Positions 11,636 through 24,400 of a DNA stretch of 64,000 bases are shown one piece after another. Source of the DNA: Takakia lepidozioides (lineage: Eukaryota > Plantae > Bryophyta); assembly GCA_030704615.1 (NCBI GenBank), contig CM060732.1, positions 56,482,001 through 56,546,000 of the forward strand. Direction: 5' to 3'. Position numbers and translations under genes: made by a program. Position 1 is the first letter of the stretch, and each line of letters begins with the position of its first letter. The notes beneath the pieces were generated by a model. That model saw nothing but the letters and a program-made list of their open reading frames with translations, made no database searches and had not been told where the DNA came from.

Positions 11636-11739
11636 TCTCACTGCTTCGGCTCGATACTAAGAAACAAAATTGATCGTAGCACGGGAGACAAAAGGAGGCT
11701 AAGTCCCAACCCTCTGATCACGGCTGAACGTGGGCAACC

Positions 11740-12233
11740 CTAAAGTTTTTTTTTGAATTTTTTAACTTTTTGCACTTTGTGTTATCCCAATGACACAAGT
11801 GCTTTATTAAAAATAGATGGATGAGGTCATCCAATGGATGAACCCATTCATGTATATGCCTTAAGATGCCACATGTAGTGATGTCGTCATATAAACAGAG
11901 CTGTGAAACCTCATGTAGTCATGTAGTCATAAGCTTTTATGGCATGTCATCAATGTGTAGTAATGGTGTAGTCATTTAGTCATAAGCTTATGTAGCACTT
12001 GTTGACGTGTAGTAGTGCATATGACTACTAGTTATATAAACCAAGCCTCTGTTCTTGGTCAACAATGTTTGACCGCGGCTCCTAGTCATGTAGTAATATG
12101 TATGACTTCATTAGATTAAAATATATTAAATTTCGTCCAACAATGGGTTTTGTCACTCTGTAGTCACTTAAGTAGTCATGGTAACCAAGGTTTATATGAC
12201 CCGTAGTCATAAAAACGTTAATCTGTACTAGTG
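11740..12233. mobile_element. Probable CACTA-type terminal fragment
   Basis: Ends in TACTAGTG (CACTAGTA on minus) exactly where a gag-like ORF is cut; many TGTAGTCA-like subterminal repeats. No partner end found. Confidence 0.5.
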
Positions 12234-12685
12234 CCCTTTACAAAACAATGTTTCAAAATAGCAGGTCTCTCTGATGCAATCAAAACCGACTTACAAATTG
12301 CAGTTCGTAAATCAGTGTAGTATTTCCACACACTGTCGCCATAATGAAAGTTTAAGTCTGGTGTGGTGTAAGCTATGGGCTTTTCTTCACGGAAGAGCTT
12401 GCGAGCCAACTCTCTGGCTTCGACCCACGTAAGATCATTTTTGTCTTTAATGTTGGACTCAAACAGCTGTCTTGCTTCTCCCTTGAGACAGATCCGAAAG
12501 GACTTGACTTGGAATCGTGGGGGAACTCCATTCATTTCAGTGCTGATTTCAAAAAATTCCAAGAAGGACTCAAAATCCTCTCCTAAGTTGTACTCAGGGT
12601 ATTGCTGCTTATGCATTCGCTCTCCATGCTCAGATTTTCGTGGAGTGGTGTCCGGAACTGCAGATTGTTTCAGCAACATCTTCAA
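12234..12685 (-). pseudogene. Gag-like capsid fragment of an unrelated retroelement
   Basis: FESFLEFFE...CLKGEARQLF...LTW.E....F pattern typical of retrotransposon gag. Confidence 0.6.
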
Positions 12686-12816
12686 AAGGGGGAGGGCAAT
12701 TTGAAATCACCCCCATGGCTTCACACAACTCGTCCAAATCAAATGTGGGCTGAGGCACAGTTGCCGGATCTTTGCGATCTCCGGACGACTCTCCCCTTCA
12801 CTGATAAATTCCAGGG

Positions 12817-15800
12817 GACAGCCAAATCGTGTAAGTATGTTCTCATACAGGAACCTTGTTGTGGACTTAGCTGTGTTGTCCCTCAGAGCTTTAGCTTCCA
12901 CCCACTTTGTAGTATAATCAGTGGCTGTGATTATATACTTGTTCTGTGTATTCTTGGCTGGTGGGTTAATTGGTCCAACAAAGTCTAGTCCCCATTTCTG
13001 AAATGGTTCAGTAGGCATCATAGGATGCAACGCCATCTTCCCAAATCTCTGCAATGGTCCTAGCCTCTGACACTCATCACAACTCTGACAATACTTGTGT
13101 ACATCTTTGAACAAAGTAGGCCACCAGTAACCTGCAAGTAGTATCTTTCTACTGGTAGTCTCTTCTCCAAAATGACCTCCAGCCACTCATTTATGAATTT
13201 CCTCCAAAACTTTATTTACTTCATGGTGGTACAAACATCGTTTAAGTACTCCATCAGGTCCTAGCTTATACATTCTGCCCCCTACCATAGTATAAGGTAA
13301 AGCCTTGATATCGATTCTTTTCCTCTGCTCCTTTCCATAACTAGGTGGACACTGACCATGAGTAAGGTAGCCAATCTAACCAGTCATCTGCACTTCCCTG
13401 CACCTCCACTACAAATAAACTCGCATGGACATTCCAGGTGGGAATGTCCACGGAGGGGGGTGGAATTAAGAAATTATCTAAGCAGGCCACAACCAATCAG
13501 GAGTGCAAATTACATACAGGTGGTTCCCTCCAAGAAACAAGAACAAGAAATAGGAAGTGTTATGAGCGGAAGAGTCGGGGTGGCTCTGAATAGCCAATGT
13601 CTCGACGGGAGGGACAATCAAAGCACTAGCTTTGTAGCTATGGCGGATGTAACGGATTATACACTCGCTTTACTTCTCACACAGTGGCGCAAGGACGGAC
13701 GAATTGAGAGTACATTTTCTCTCACTCAATACTTGCAAGCCCCACAGGCTTATACGCACTTACCTGTTCCATTCTGTGCCAACCATACCTTCATACTCTG
13801 TGCGCTGCAATCTTTCCTTCAGTTGTTTCAAACAAAGCCTTTCTGTTTGTCTAGAATGAAGAGAGTGAGGGGAATGAAGGATATCAGGGTGAAGAACACC
13901 ACGATACTGCAGAAGCAAACAATTGCAGCACCGCAGACAGTGCAGCTGCTAAGGGAGTTGCGATTGGAAGGGCTGCTACGCAAGGACTGGTCCTTGCATC
14001 ATCGACAGTATATGATTCAATTCCTTCATAACTTTGAGCCTCAGACGGGAGTTACTCAGGTGAGGGGAGTAGATATAGAAATTACTCCCCAGTACCTGCA
14101 GCAATTGTTTGATTTGCCATCAGGTCATGTGGATGTGGATGAGCACAGGGCAAGATTGCAGATAGGGAATTTGTTCCTAGAAGGGAGTTTTTTTAAGACT
14201 CAAGTTTACGCCTGTACCAAAGCCGAGTACCCAGGGCTCAGAGAAGTTGGCCAAATATTGAACGTTCTGTTTGCCATGAAACAGAACCAACAGTATTTGA
14301 GCAGGTCATTCACAGAGGAGATCCTGAAAGCTTTGAGGGGAGAGGATGTAGCTTGGGCGGAGTTAATGTACAATGGTCTGGTGGACGAGATGAAGAGGTT
14401 GCAGGGCGCTGCTGCTAAGTCTCCGATCATTGTGTCTGGTCCAGTCATTGCCCAAATCATTCTTGATTCTTGCATACTTGATACTCGGGAACGTAAGGAG
14501 ATGGGAGTGTTTGAGGCAGAAATCACTGCAATTGAAGAGCAGGGTCAGTGACAGGTGGACGCGGGTTAACATAAAAAAAGTGGCCATCAAGTGTAAAAGA
14601 AGTTTGGAAGTCAAACTTGGAGAATATGCCACGCGGAGCGGGGAAGTCGGAGGCGTGTCTAGAAACAGACACGTGGCCACTAAGGCAAAGCACACCGCAC
14701 TTCATCGATTTTAAAAGTGGGTTCATCATGCAAGAGGACAAATAGGGCCGTCAAAGTACCTACCCGGTTCAGCAGCTAATACTAATTGTGGGTCCATTAA
14801 TGCATTCAGAGTAAGGGTAACGGAACCCTTTCCGAGTACAGAAAATAGGGACCTATGTCACATGTGCTGTCCAGGTAATTGGTTGTCTACTCCTGTGGCG
14901 GGCTCTCCTGTTGATAGGCGTGACAAGTGATCTGCCACAAGATGCAAACGGCCAGGCTTATAAACAACTTCGAACTCAAACTCGTGCAAGATTATTAACC
15001 ACCTTGCTATCCTTCCACTTATCAAAGGTTTGTTCACCAGATATATCAGAGCCTGGTGATCCACGTAAAACATAAACTTTCTTCCCAATAGGTAATGTCT
15101 GAATTTCTTGACTGCATAAATCATTGCCAGTGCTTCTCTTTCAGTTGTGCTATAGTTCCTTTCAGCACTGTTCATCAACCAGCTAGCATAGTACACAGGT
15201 GAATCTATATTTCCTGTAACATTTTGGGCTAACACTGCTCCCAACGCTTCTCCTGAGGCATCACCGTGAACATGAAATACTACATGCCAGTGAGGGTTAA
15301 TCAGCACAAGTGTAGTTGTTACTGACAATGTAAGTTCCTCAAAAGCCTGTTGACATTCAGCTGTCCATGCAAACACTGCATCTTTCTTCAGAAGCCTACT
15401 CAATGGTGCTGCTATCTGTGCATACCGTCTAACAAATCTTCTGTAATAACTAGTTTGTCCAAGGAATCTCCTTAGACTTTTAACATTTACTGGTGGTGGA
15501 GAGGCTTTAATGGCCTCTGTCTTTCTGGGATCCACAAGTAGTTCCCTCTTACACACAATGTGTCCCAAGAGCACCCCTGAGTTCACACAGAAAGTACACT
15601 TCACTTGATTCAGACCCAGACCTCTCATCCTGCATCTGGCCAAACATAACTCCAATTTATGCAAGTGCTCATTCTTAGAGCTGTACACACTAAAATCATC
15701 CAAGAACACCTGCATGAAATCATCCAGATACTCATGAAAAGATTCACTTATCACTCTCTGAAAGGTTGTTGGTGCATTACAAAGTCCAAAAGGCATGACT

Positions 15801-16364
15801 TTGTATGCATAAGCACCCCAGTCTGTGATGAAAGCTGTCTTTCCATGGTCTTCTTCTGCCACTTGCACTTGATTATACCACTGAGGCCATCCATGAATGA
15901 GTACATCTCATGGCCTACCACAGTGTCCAATACCGCTTCTGTGAATGGCAAAGGGAAAGGATCTTTCTTCGTGCAAGCATTCAACTTCTTATAGTTCACA
16001 CAAACTCTCAGTTTACCATTCTTCTTGGGAACTATCACAATGGGTGACAACCAAGTTGTATACTCTATCGGGTATATAAACTTAGCCTCAATCAAGAACG
16101 TTCTGTGCATAGTTGGGATTCATTCTGTACCTTGCCTGTTTGATTGGTACTGACCCTGGTTCTAGTTCAATCTTATGCTGACAGATCTCAGGTGGTATCC
16201 CTTTCAGATCCTCATAGCTCCAAGCAAATACATCTCTGTATTTGATGAACAAACTCTTAGCTTCCTCAAACAATTCTGGCTCCAAATCAGCCCCTACCTT
16301 CACCATCTTCGGTTCCTCTTCAGTTCCCACATTCACTTCTCTCACCTGCTCATCAGCTGTGATT
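12817..16364 (-). pseudogene. Family-1 pol fragment (RT-RH-partial INT) interrupted by a 1.45-kb insert
   Basis: ORFs 16088-16345, 14858-15868 and 12707-13186 are near-identical to copy 1 Pol. The host sequence CGCAT|CAGGT is split at 13426/14872. Confidence 0.9.
13427..14871 (+). other. Circularly permuted fragment of a diverged family-1 extension ORF
   Basis: 13427-14545 matches copy 1 ~4240-5335; 14545-14871 matches the upstream ~3978-4238. Confidence 0.8.
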
Positions 16365-17199
16365 CACTAGAAGCATTTGTGTCATTTACCACTAGGGTAA
16401 CGACTCATTTTGAGTCGTAAAAGTCAAAAAACTGGGATCGACTGGAAGTTACAACAGACTAGTTACAACAAACGTGGTAGTTGGGTTGGACATCCAATGA
16501 TTGGAGTGGTAAAGGACACAGACGCGCGAACAACTGCTCAACGATTAATACGATTAATGCTGAAGAACCACGTGGCGTAACCAGGCGGGCCGCCCGTGTG
16601 TCTGACCTTTTGGGCTGACTTTGACTTTTCCCTCCGGATGAGTGGACCGACTCACTGAAGCGCGGTGACACATGGACGCGGACGTGGACGATGATGTGGA
16701 TGCCGACGTGGCGGCGCCACGACGAGCACCACTGCTGCCACGTGGCCACGGGCCCGGGGCGCCACGTGGTAGTAGACCACATAACTTGCAGTGCTACATG
16801 CCCAGTGGCAATTGCGACTGCGGAAGTTGGCGCAACCACTGCTTTACTACTTTACATGAAGTGCTCGAAATTACTTGAACAATCATTCATAGTGATTCAT
16901 GCTTTGGAGTTTTGGTGTTTGTAGTGAGTCGACTAGTAATGCCATACAAGAGAACTAATCATGCATTAGAAATGCACAAACGATGAAAGACATGCCATGA
17001 AACAAAATGAAATGAAAATGAATGAAATGAAACAAAATGGTACTTTATTACATCTGCGGAAAGCTCAAAGAGCTTATGGGACAAAATGAAAAACACAAAG
17101 TAAAAAAGCAGCCCAAAAGCTGCTCTGGGGATTGCCTAAGGGTCAAGGCCTCGTGCAAGTCAAGCAGTTCAGATCCTCATAATGCAAGACTTCAGTGAG

Positions 17200-18300
17200 T
17201 TCCACGGAATAGACCATCTACCCATGGAGGTTTCTTGTAGTTATTGATCCACAGGGAATCATAGGTAAATCTTGTGCTTGAAATTTGGCCCTCTAGGATG
17301 AATCTGGACCACACTCTATCCCTGCTCCTTCAGCTATCCATGCCCCTGCACAAATCATGCATTCATCCTTGCCTTGCTGCTAGTAGCTGACAATGACAAC
17401 CTACATTTGTTCTAGGAAACACCCAACTCAGCTTATCACACTAGTTCCTATGCTCAATTGCGTCTACTACTCTCTGAAATGTAGCAGGCATTCACCTTTT
17501 TGCCTCGGTTGTCCCATCATTGACTGGGGGCAGAAAAGTATTCATTCCACAGCTTCTCCTCATGTCTGTTACTTGTTTTTTGATACTTTCATGTTGTCAC
17601 ATAGCAGTATCATGTCAAAGTCACTCCAAACTAGATTCACTCAACCAGTTAATTTGCATAATTCAACATGGAAATTTTGGACCGATTCTAATAAGAGGGA
17701 AAAACAGGGTGAAATGTGCTGAAGAAGATGCTTTCATTAACAATGTTTGATTTTATCAATTGTGCCGTTGCTGCCAGTTGACCATCTACCCATGCAGGTT
17801 TCTTGTAGCTTCATAGTTAATCTGGAGCTTGAAGTCTGGCCCTCTTGGGTGAATCTGCACCCACACTCTATCCTTGCTCCTTCAACTATCCATGCCTCGC
17901 ACGAATCATGCATACAACCTTGCCTTGTTGCTAGCAGTTGATGATGACAGCCTAGACTTGTTCTAGGAAGCACCCAACTCAACTTATCACACTAGTTCCT
18001 ACGCTCAATTGCATCTGCTACTCTCTATAATCCAACAAACATTCACCTTCTTGACTCGATTGTCCCACCATTGACTGGGGTCAGAAAAATATTCATTCCA
18101 CAACTTCTCCTTGTCTGTGTTACCTGTTTCTGATACTTTCCTGTTGTCACATTGGTAGAATCATGTCAAAGTCACTCCAAACTATCAAAGCTTCACTCAA
18201 CCAGCTAACTTGCAGAATTCAGACATGAATAATTAGGGGCGATTCTGATAAGAGGGGAAAACAAGGTGAAATTGAAGAAGGTGCCTTCATTAGCAGTCAT
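17200..18300. repeat. Two tandem ~550-bp units, with a third partial copy at ~10230-10590
   Basis: GAAATCTGGCCCTCTTGGATGAATCTGG...CCTGCTCCTTCAGCTATC recurs at ~10298, ~17280 and ~17830. Confidence 0.75.
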
Positions 18301-18304
18301 TACA

Positions 18305-18450
18305 CTCTATCCTTTGCTCAGCCATATTGTTGAACACTCCCTGTCCACAAGGGTATTGTTCATAATGACATCTGCCACAATTCCAGCTTTGATGATGCAA
18401 CCATGGACCTCTTTGCCCTTCCCCAGCAGGCTCGCACATGCACTACAAAC
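18305..18450 (-). pseudogene. Single PPR motif relic
   Basis: ACASLLGKGKEVHGCIIKAGIVADVIMNNTLVD. Confidence 0.7.
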
Positions 18451-20469
18451 GCAAACAACTGGTTGTGGCAAACTGGGAGCAATATGTGTCAGAAGAAACC
18501 ACTTATACAAATCTACAGCTTAAAGGCTGTCTCTATCCTCAAAATTGGCAGCACATCACCCGCTGCTATGACATATATTGCCCTAGACACACATTGCCCT
18601 AACTGCCATCCCCCAAGATGCTACCCCCACCAGACTTCTCTCACTTGGGTCCTTGCAAGGCTGACTTCCAGCTTTGACTCTATGCATAGGGCCTATCGGA
18701 CAACATACACCAGCAAGCCCTCCCCCTATCCTGCATCAACTCATCTCAGTCTTATCAACTGCACAACGTGTGATGGGAGTGAGTGCAACATGGGAAAGAG
18801 CCACAACACATGATGAGCTGTAGGGAAGAAGCAACATCGTGCAAGTAAAGCAAACAATGAAGCAGAAAGACGAGGCAACATGGGAGAAGGGAAAATGGGG
18901 TCCAAGGGCTGAGAAGGTCAACTGGTCAACAATGAGGAACTGGCTCTGGAGCACTATGTTGATGATTAAAGGGAGCAGCAAATACATGTGGGGCATCGCA
19001 GCAAAGTGCATGCCAACGAGGGTCAGAATAGTGCAAGAAAGACTCCATGGATGGTGGGCAGCTTAGGGAGATGCAGTGAGACAAGGCACTCATGGCAAGG
19101 GAGCTGCCAAGACAAAACTGTTGATTAGGCTATGGAGAAAAAGGAAAGCACAAGATCAACTACGAGGAAAAGTAGCAATTCAAGCATGGGAGCTGCTGCT
19201 AAAACATGAGGAGGAAGACATACGAGGTGAAGCATCAAGGGAACTAGTAGAAGATGAGGAAGATGGAGCACACTTTCTTGTCAAAGGTTGGCGGCGAAGA
19301 ATGCAACCCAGCAATCAGAAAGTGAGGCACCCGAGGCTGGACTGCTGCAAAGAGGTACAAAGACAGGTGCTGAGAATGAGATGTTGCCTTTCGTTGATGT
19401 TCCCCACACAAGGGCTGTTTGGCAAGCAAAACCCCAGGCAAGGATGAGAGGTGAATCTGGGATAAAACCAGCAGCTGGGAGTGAGGAAAGACACAAGGAA
19501 GGGCAGCAATACCTTGTCAAATCTGAGGGTGATGGCTGGAGAAAATTAAACAAGGACTGGAAGTATGGGAGCAGCAATCGCATGAAGAAAAATCTGCCTG
19601 AGACGCTGAAGAGTGAAAGGGAGGAAGACAGGCACCTCGCTTATGAAAAGTGGAAGGGCAGGGTAGAAAACCTGATGCCTGAAATCGATGGGAGCTCATG
19701 GGAGACTCTGCCAAGAAGACTCCAATCAGCTGTTGCCAACAATCGGACCAGTGAAAGATCGCCCTTGCTGGCGCAACACCACAAAATAAGTGCAGCCCTG
19801 ATAGCATGGTGAGTGGGGCACCAACAGAGCCAGAAAATGAGGGAGAAGGAGGAGACTTCCCTGCCAAGAAAGTCAATGTTGGCCTGCAGTGGCATGCAAG
19901 GAAAGGGACACCGTAAGTGTTGCCAACAGATGTAAATCAGTGCTCATTCATTCGAAAGCACCACGGGAGATGAAGGAAAAGACACGTGCAGGGACGTTGA
20001 AGCATAAAAGATGAGAGCACTTCACTTGGGAAGAAAGTGAAGCATTGGAGAACGAGGCTGATGACTGGCAGTCTGAAAAGGAAAGGCGGTTGTGGGAAAC
20101 CCTGCCAAGACCCAAGACAACCAACCTCTTTTGTGTGAGAGAAGTCAAGCTAAACCTGCTCATCATATCGAGTGGGATGGACCAGATGTAAAGCTGCCAA
20201 GCCAACCAACACTCAAATTCGCACTCAAGCAACATAAGCTGGAGCCATTTTCAGATTATGAGTACCCGTGTTTTAAGAATACTCCTTATTCAACTTGCGG
20301 TGAAGGGGCAAAAAACTTCACAATGTGCAACAGATTAATGGACCAGGATGCGGAGCTGAATTGGGTATCCAGTTAGGCAATACTGGTTTCAAAACCCCGT
20401 TCCATCCCTGCGTTTTGAAGATCTGGCTTGAATGGGCACACTCCGGCAGTGGAAGGCTCACGAAGTAAT

Positions 20470-21496
20470 TGTCGCGCGGCTCTTACTCACCCATCCTTTT
20501 GCTATCCGAGGCGGAAACTCCAAGATAGAAGAGTTGAAAATCTCTAAGTACTCAGCCCGCTCAGAACAATCAGTCATGACCTACAGCTAGTGTATCATGG
20601 GGGTGTTTCCTATTTGTTTTCCTTCCCGCATTCATGTTAGCTAGTTACCTTACTACTGGTAATTAAGTATCAGTTTGCTTCATCAATTTATCGGATTCCA
20701 TCAACTCATCAATTCATTCCACAGCTTCACTCAGATCTCTCTACACAGTGTGAGTATGAGGTGTGTATCAGATTAATATCTATCAAGTATCAGGCTGAAG
20801 TCATGGAGTCTCTAATCTGCTCTACATTACAATTCTACTGCCTGCATTCATTAAGCATCAACAGATCCTCCTCCTACTCTGTGCTCTCCATCTTTCTGCT
20901 CAGAGATATACTTTCTCCTCCTTTCCCCCAGTGATGTCCGAATTCTCTCCAAGAAGTGCTCCTTCCCACTCCTTCCAGCAGTAATCCCCCCCCCCCCCCC
21001 CGAAGTGCTCCAAAAATGATCCCCCTTTCAGTCATTGCTTCTAGCTTTATCTTCCTACCCGTTGTTCTAACCGTTTCCCTCACTAACCGTCGTCCGTGAA
21101 CTAACATGTTCCATTCGCAGGTGTTGTTCCCCACAGTCGTTCCCTGTCCGGCTATCCGTTCCCTATGGTCGTGACAGCTGTGTCAAGTTGTGACTGGCTG
21201 TGTGAAACTGTGACGGGCTGTGACGGGCTGTGTTGGCTTTGATGGGCTGTGTCGGCTGTGACGAGCTGTGTTGACTGTGTCTGGCTGTGTTGGCTGTGTC
21301 GGCTGTGTTGGCTGTGACGAGCTGTGTCGACTGTGTCTGGCTGTGTCGACTGTGTTGGCTGTGACGGGCTGTGTCACCCCCCCCTAAAGTGCGCTGCTGT
21401 CACCCCTAAGGCTCCTGTTGGTCTCAGTCTGTGCAAAAATTAAGGGTACCCCACAGATCCCGTATAAGTGTCTAAGTCCCAGACAGTCCTCTAACA
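20470..21496 (-). repeat. 3' LTR of copy 2
   Basis: Reverse-complement homologue of 8234-9218 with the same termini and an adjacent PPT. Confidence 0.88.
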
Positions 21497-24400
21497 TTAC
21501 CCCTTCCCCTCTCAAAAAGCCATGTCCTCACGGTTTACTGATTGGGATTAGCAATCCTTTGTGAGCGAGCACCTTTCTGACGTTGAGAGTTTTGTGGCGG
21601 ACTGTTTGTACGAGCCCGAGGTCTGTCACTGGTTGACGGAGATGATTGAACACTACCTGGATATGTGAGGCCCTCTGGAGGCTGATATCGAGGTAACCTT
21701 TCAGGCATAGGAGACCCCCGTCGCTCTTTTTCTGCCATCTGAATTGCATAGTCTTCTCCCATGTCAAAAGAGTCCGCTGAAGAAACAATTGTATCAGAAT
21801 CCTCATCGCCTCTCAGGTGTTTTAATTGTCAAACTTTTTGTGGGGGCATACAATGTTGTCCTACCATGTCTGGAAGTTTATATTTTAAAACTTGCTGTAA
21901 ACGCTGAATGGCAAAATTGGTGAAGACCCTGAGCTCCTTTTCTGTCCAGGTGAGTGGGGATGACTTGTGAAATGTGCAAGTATTTCCATGCCACATGTCC
22001 CTTATAGAAAATATCATCAATGCCGAATTTCTGTGTTGACAAATTGTTCCAGGCCGCATGAAACCATGAACGAATTTGAGAATCCTTTTGTATCATAACT
22101 TTTGCCTCATATAAGTACATATGAGGTGGCATTGAAGGTAAGACCCGATGATCCCCACTGGAATAACTCAGAAAGCGCGATTGCATCTTGTGCTGCTCAA
22201 TGTGATAACGTACCAGAAAACAAGCAGCGTAGTATAACCCGCATCCCATGACAATACTTGCTACCTCCTTGGTCTTGGTATAAATGAATCCATGTACAAC
22301 TTGGAAAGCAATTAATTCCTTCAACATGGTACCTGCCTCATGCCAATACTGTGCAAAGTGATGATCATCAATTGGTCGATTGTTCGGAAGAACTTTAGTC
22401 CTAGTTGCCACTGGCAGCCATATGCGCATGATTTGATAGTAATGTGCGAATGACTGCGGAGGACTAAATTCTTTCCAAACCAAATCCAACACAATGGGAA
22501 TTTGGTTGAAGGGCATAATCATAGCCCTACTGTACTCCCTTGCAGCTGGAGTTTTAGGTGGGTTAAAAGCAGCATTGCCCCATACGTCAGACTGTGGTGG
22601 CTGTGGCGTGGCTGTAGTAACAACAGGGTCAGCTACTGGCACAGTGACTTGTTGTGGTGTTGGTGGCACTGGCTCTTGTATCATTGGCATCTCTTGCACC
22701 TACTGTGAAGAAGATTGAAAAGCCAAAGTTCTGGCTTGTAAATAAGAAGCCATTAGCTGTTCCTCAGGTATATAGACTCTTTTGTCAATATCTGAAGTTA
22801 GGTCCTCCACTTGAGTCTGCAGTCCATCTACATTCTCCTGTAACTCTGGATGTCACCCCCATAGCGACCCCTTCCTCCGCAGCGAAGGCTGCACTTGCCA
22901 AGGCCCAAGGTCGGGTTCAAGGCTTTCTAAATCAATTATTTCTGGTTGAACTGCATGAACAACTTGTGGTAACCTTGTGACAAGCCGATCCTCTGGCTAT
23001 GATGGCTGTGATAGTGAAGTAACTTCCTCTTCCCTCTCTGAAGGTCCTGCTTCCAGTAATAGCAGTTCTCTGTGCTGCTGTGCCCCTTCCTGCACAAAAA
23101 CTTGGGAAACATTATCATGCGGATTCCGTGAAGCCAGTGGATCCGCCACTACAGTCTTTCCCCGCCTCTGTCTCTTATTCTCGGGTTGCCCTGCCAGTCC
23201 ACCCTCACTGTGTGAAGAGCCTTGCTCTTCCATTGCAGTGGTTTCTGGCTCAAACACTCCCATTTCCTTTCTCGCGCATCAAGTATGCCAGAATCAAGAA
23301 TTATTTGAGCAATGATTGGGCCAGACACTATGATAGGAGACTTTGCGGCAGTACCCTGCAATCTTTTCATCTCCTCTACCAGTGCGTTGTACATTATGTC
23401 CGCCCATTCTACCTCTTCTCCTCTCATGGCTTTGAGTATTTCCTCTGTGAAGGATCTACTCAAATACTGTTGGTTCTGTTTCATGGCAAACAGAACGTTC
23501 AATACCTGGCCTACCTCCTTTAGCCCTGGGTACACGGCCTTGGTACAAGCATAACCCTGAGTTTTAAAGAAACTCCCTTCTTGGAATAAGTCCCCTATTT
23601 GCAGTCTTGCCCTGTGCTCCTCCACATGCACCTGGCCTGCTGGCAATCGAAACAATTGCTGGAGGTATAGGGGAGTAATTACTAATTCAACTCCCTTCAC
23701 CGTTGTTGCTCCTGTCCTTGGCTCAAAGTTCTGCAAGAATTGTAACATGTACTGTCTATGGTGCAATGTCCAATCTTTGCTTTGCAATCCTTGCAATCTC
23801 AGCTCCTTCTGTATCTGTATCGCCTGTGGGGTAGCAATCGTTTGTTTCTGCAGAATTGTGGTGCTCTTCACCTTGATTTCCTCCATTCCTCTCACTCTCT
23901 TCATTCTAGACCCACAGAAATGTTTTGGCTGTAACAACTGAAGAAATGCCTGTAGTGCACAAAGCATAAACGTATGGTTGCCACAAAAAGCTATGGGTAA
24001 TTTCTTGTAAGCCTGCGGGGCTTGCAAGCATCGCTCAAGAGAAAAGATCCGTTCTGTTGTTTCGTCCCTATGCCACTGCGTAAGTAATATTGCGAGCGTA
24101 TAGTCTGTTAGTTCCTCCATAGCTTCAAAGCTATAGCATTGATGGTTTGTCCCGTCGAGACGCCCGTTACTTAGAACGACGCAGACTCTTGCGCTTAATT
24201 TCCCTCCAATTTCTTGATCCCTTCTCTGGCTTTCTATTGGCTGTAACCGCTGTGACTGGATTTTAGATTTAATTTTCTTTAGTGGACTTTCCCTGCTGGA
24301 CTGTCCACTAGGATAACACATGTGACAAGAATTTCGCTTTTCTGTACTTGCCGTTTGTTCTGTTGCCCCTTTTTTGTATTCATTAATGGGCCCGCCATTC

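Noticed and set aside
18500-20469. Purine-rich ORFs of 75-174 aa
   Set aside because: No recognisable motif; probably a decayed repeat. Cannot support a call.
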